From assembly GCF_009914755.1 (NCBI RefSeq), contig NC_060928.1: 64,000 nt of DNA, one strand, 5' to 3'. This document shows, piece by piece, positions 63,600 to 64,000 of this stretch. The notes beneath the pieces are model-generated. The model searched no databases, was not told the origin of the DNA, and saw only the letters and a program-made list of their open reading frames with translations. Positions within the stretch are counted from its first letter, which is position 1; each line of letters starts with the position of its first letter. Origin of the DNA: the human T2T-CHM13v2.0 reference genome, Homo sapiens. A program made the position numbers and the translations under genes.

Positions 63600-64000
63600 A
63601 ACTAATAGCTTTATTGAGATATAATTCACATAGCATATCAATTTATTCATTTATCGTACACAATTCAAAGATTTTTAGTACAGAGTCGTGCAACCATCAC
63701 CACAGTCAGTTTTAGAATATTCCCATCACCCAAAATGGAAACTTTGTAGTGTTTAACAGTCGTCTTCCCGTTCCAACCCCCAGCCCTAAACAACCACTCA
63801 TCTACTTTCTATCTGCATAGATTTGATTAATGTGACATTTCATATAAATGAAATCATAAAATGTATGGTTCTTTTGGGACTGGCTTCTTTCACTTAACAT
63901 AATGCTTTTAAGGTTCATCTATGTTGTAGCATATATCAGTATTTTATTTCTATTTATTGCTGAATAATATTTTGGGGCTATACCACATTTTATTTATCAA
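63600..64000 (-). mobile_element. L1MB-type 3' end
   Basis: AGCTTTATTGAGATATAATTCACATA...TTTTAGAATATTCCCATCACCCAAAA; runs off the end of the window. Confidence 0.85.

Overview
Hominid (human/great-ape-type) genomic DNA that is AT-rich and made almost entirely of transposable elements. I recognise no host protein-coding gene, tRNA, rRNA or CRISPR array, and every long ORF in the track comes from a TE. Main contents: (1) a decayed class I (gamma/epsilon-like) endogenous retrovirus on + (~4060-18128) with gag-pro-pol-env remnants and a 3' LTR but no 5' LTR, interrupted by a full-length L1PA4, an AluS and a THE1D-type LTR; (2) a MER4-group ERV internal region on - (~21500-25900); (3) about 20 solo LTRs of the ERV1, ERVK, ERVL and MaLR classes, many nested and with clean TSDs; (4) a full-length Hsmar1 mariner; (5) a two-LTR MaLR provirus; (6) a full-length L1PA2 on - with an intact ORF1 and an ORF2 broken only by two compensating 1-bp indels. 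Subfamily names come from remembered consensus sequences and need RepeatMasker/Dfam confirmation. I see no convincing new biological system. The best leads are the near-intact L1PA2, an extended open ORF0 in the L1PA4, two candidate spliced exon structures next to TE promoters, and the env-bearing epsilon-like ERV.
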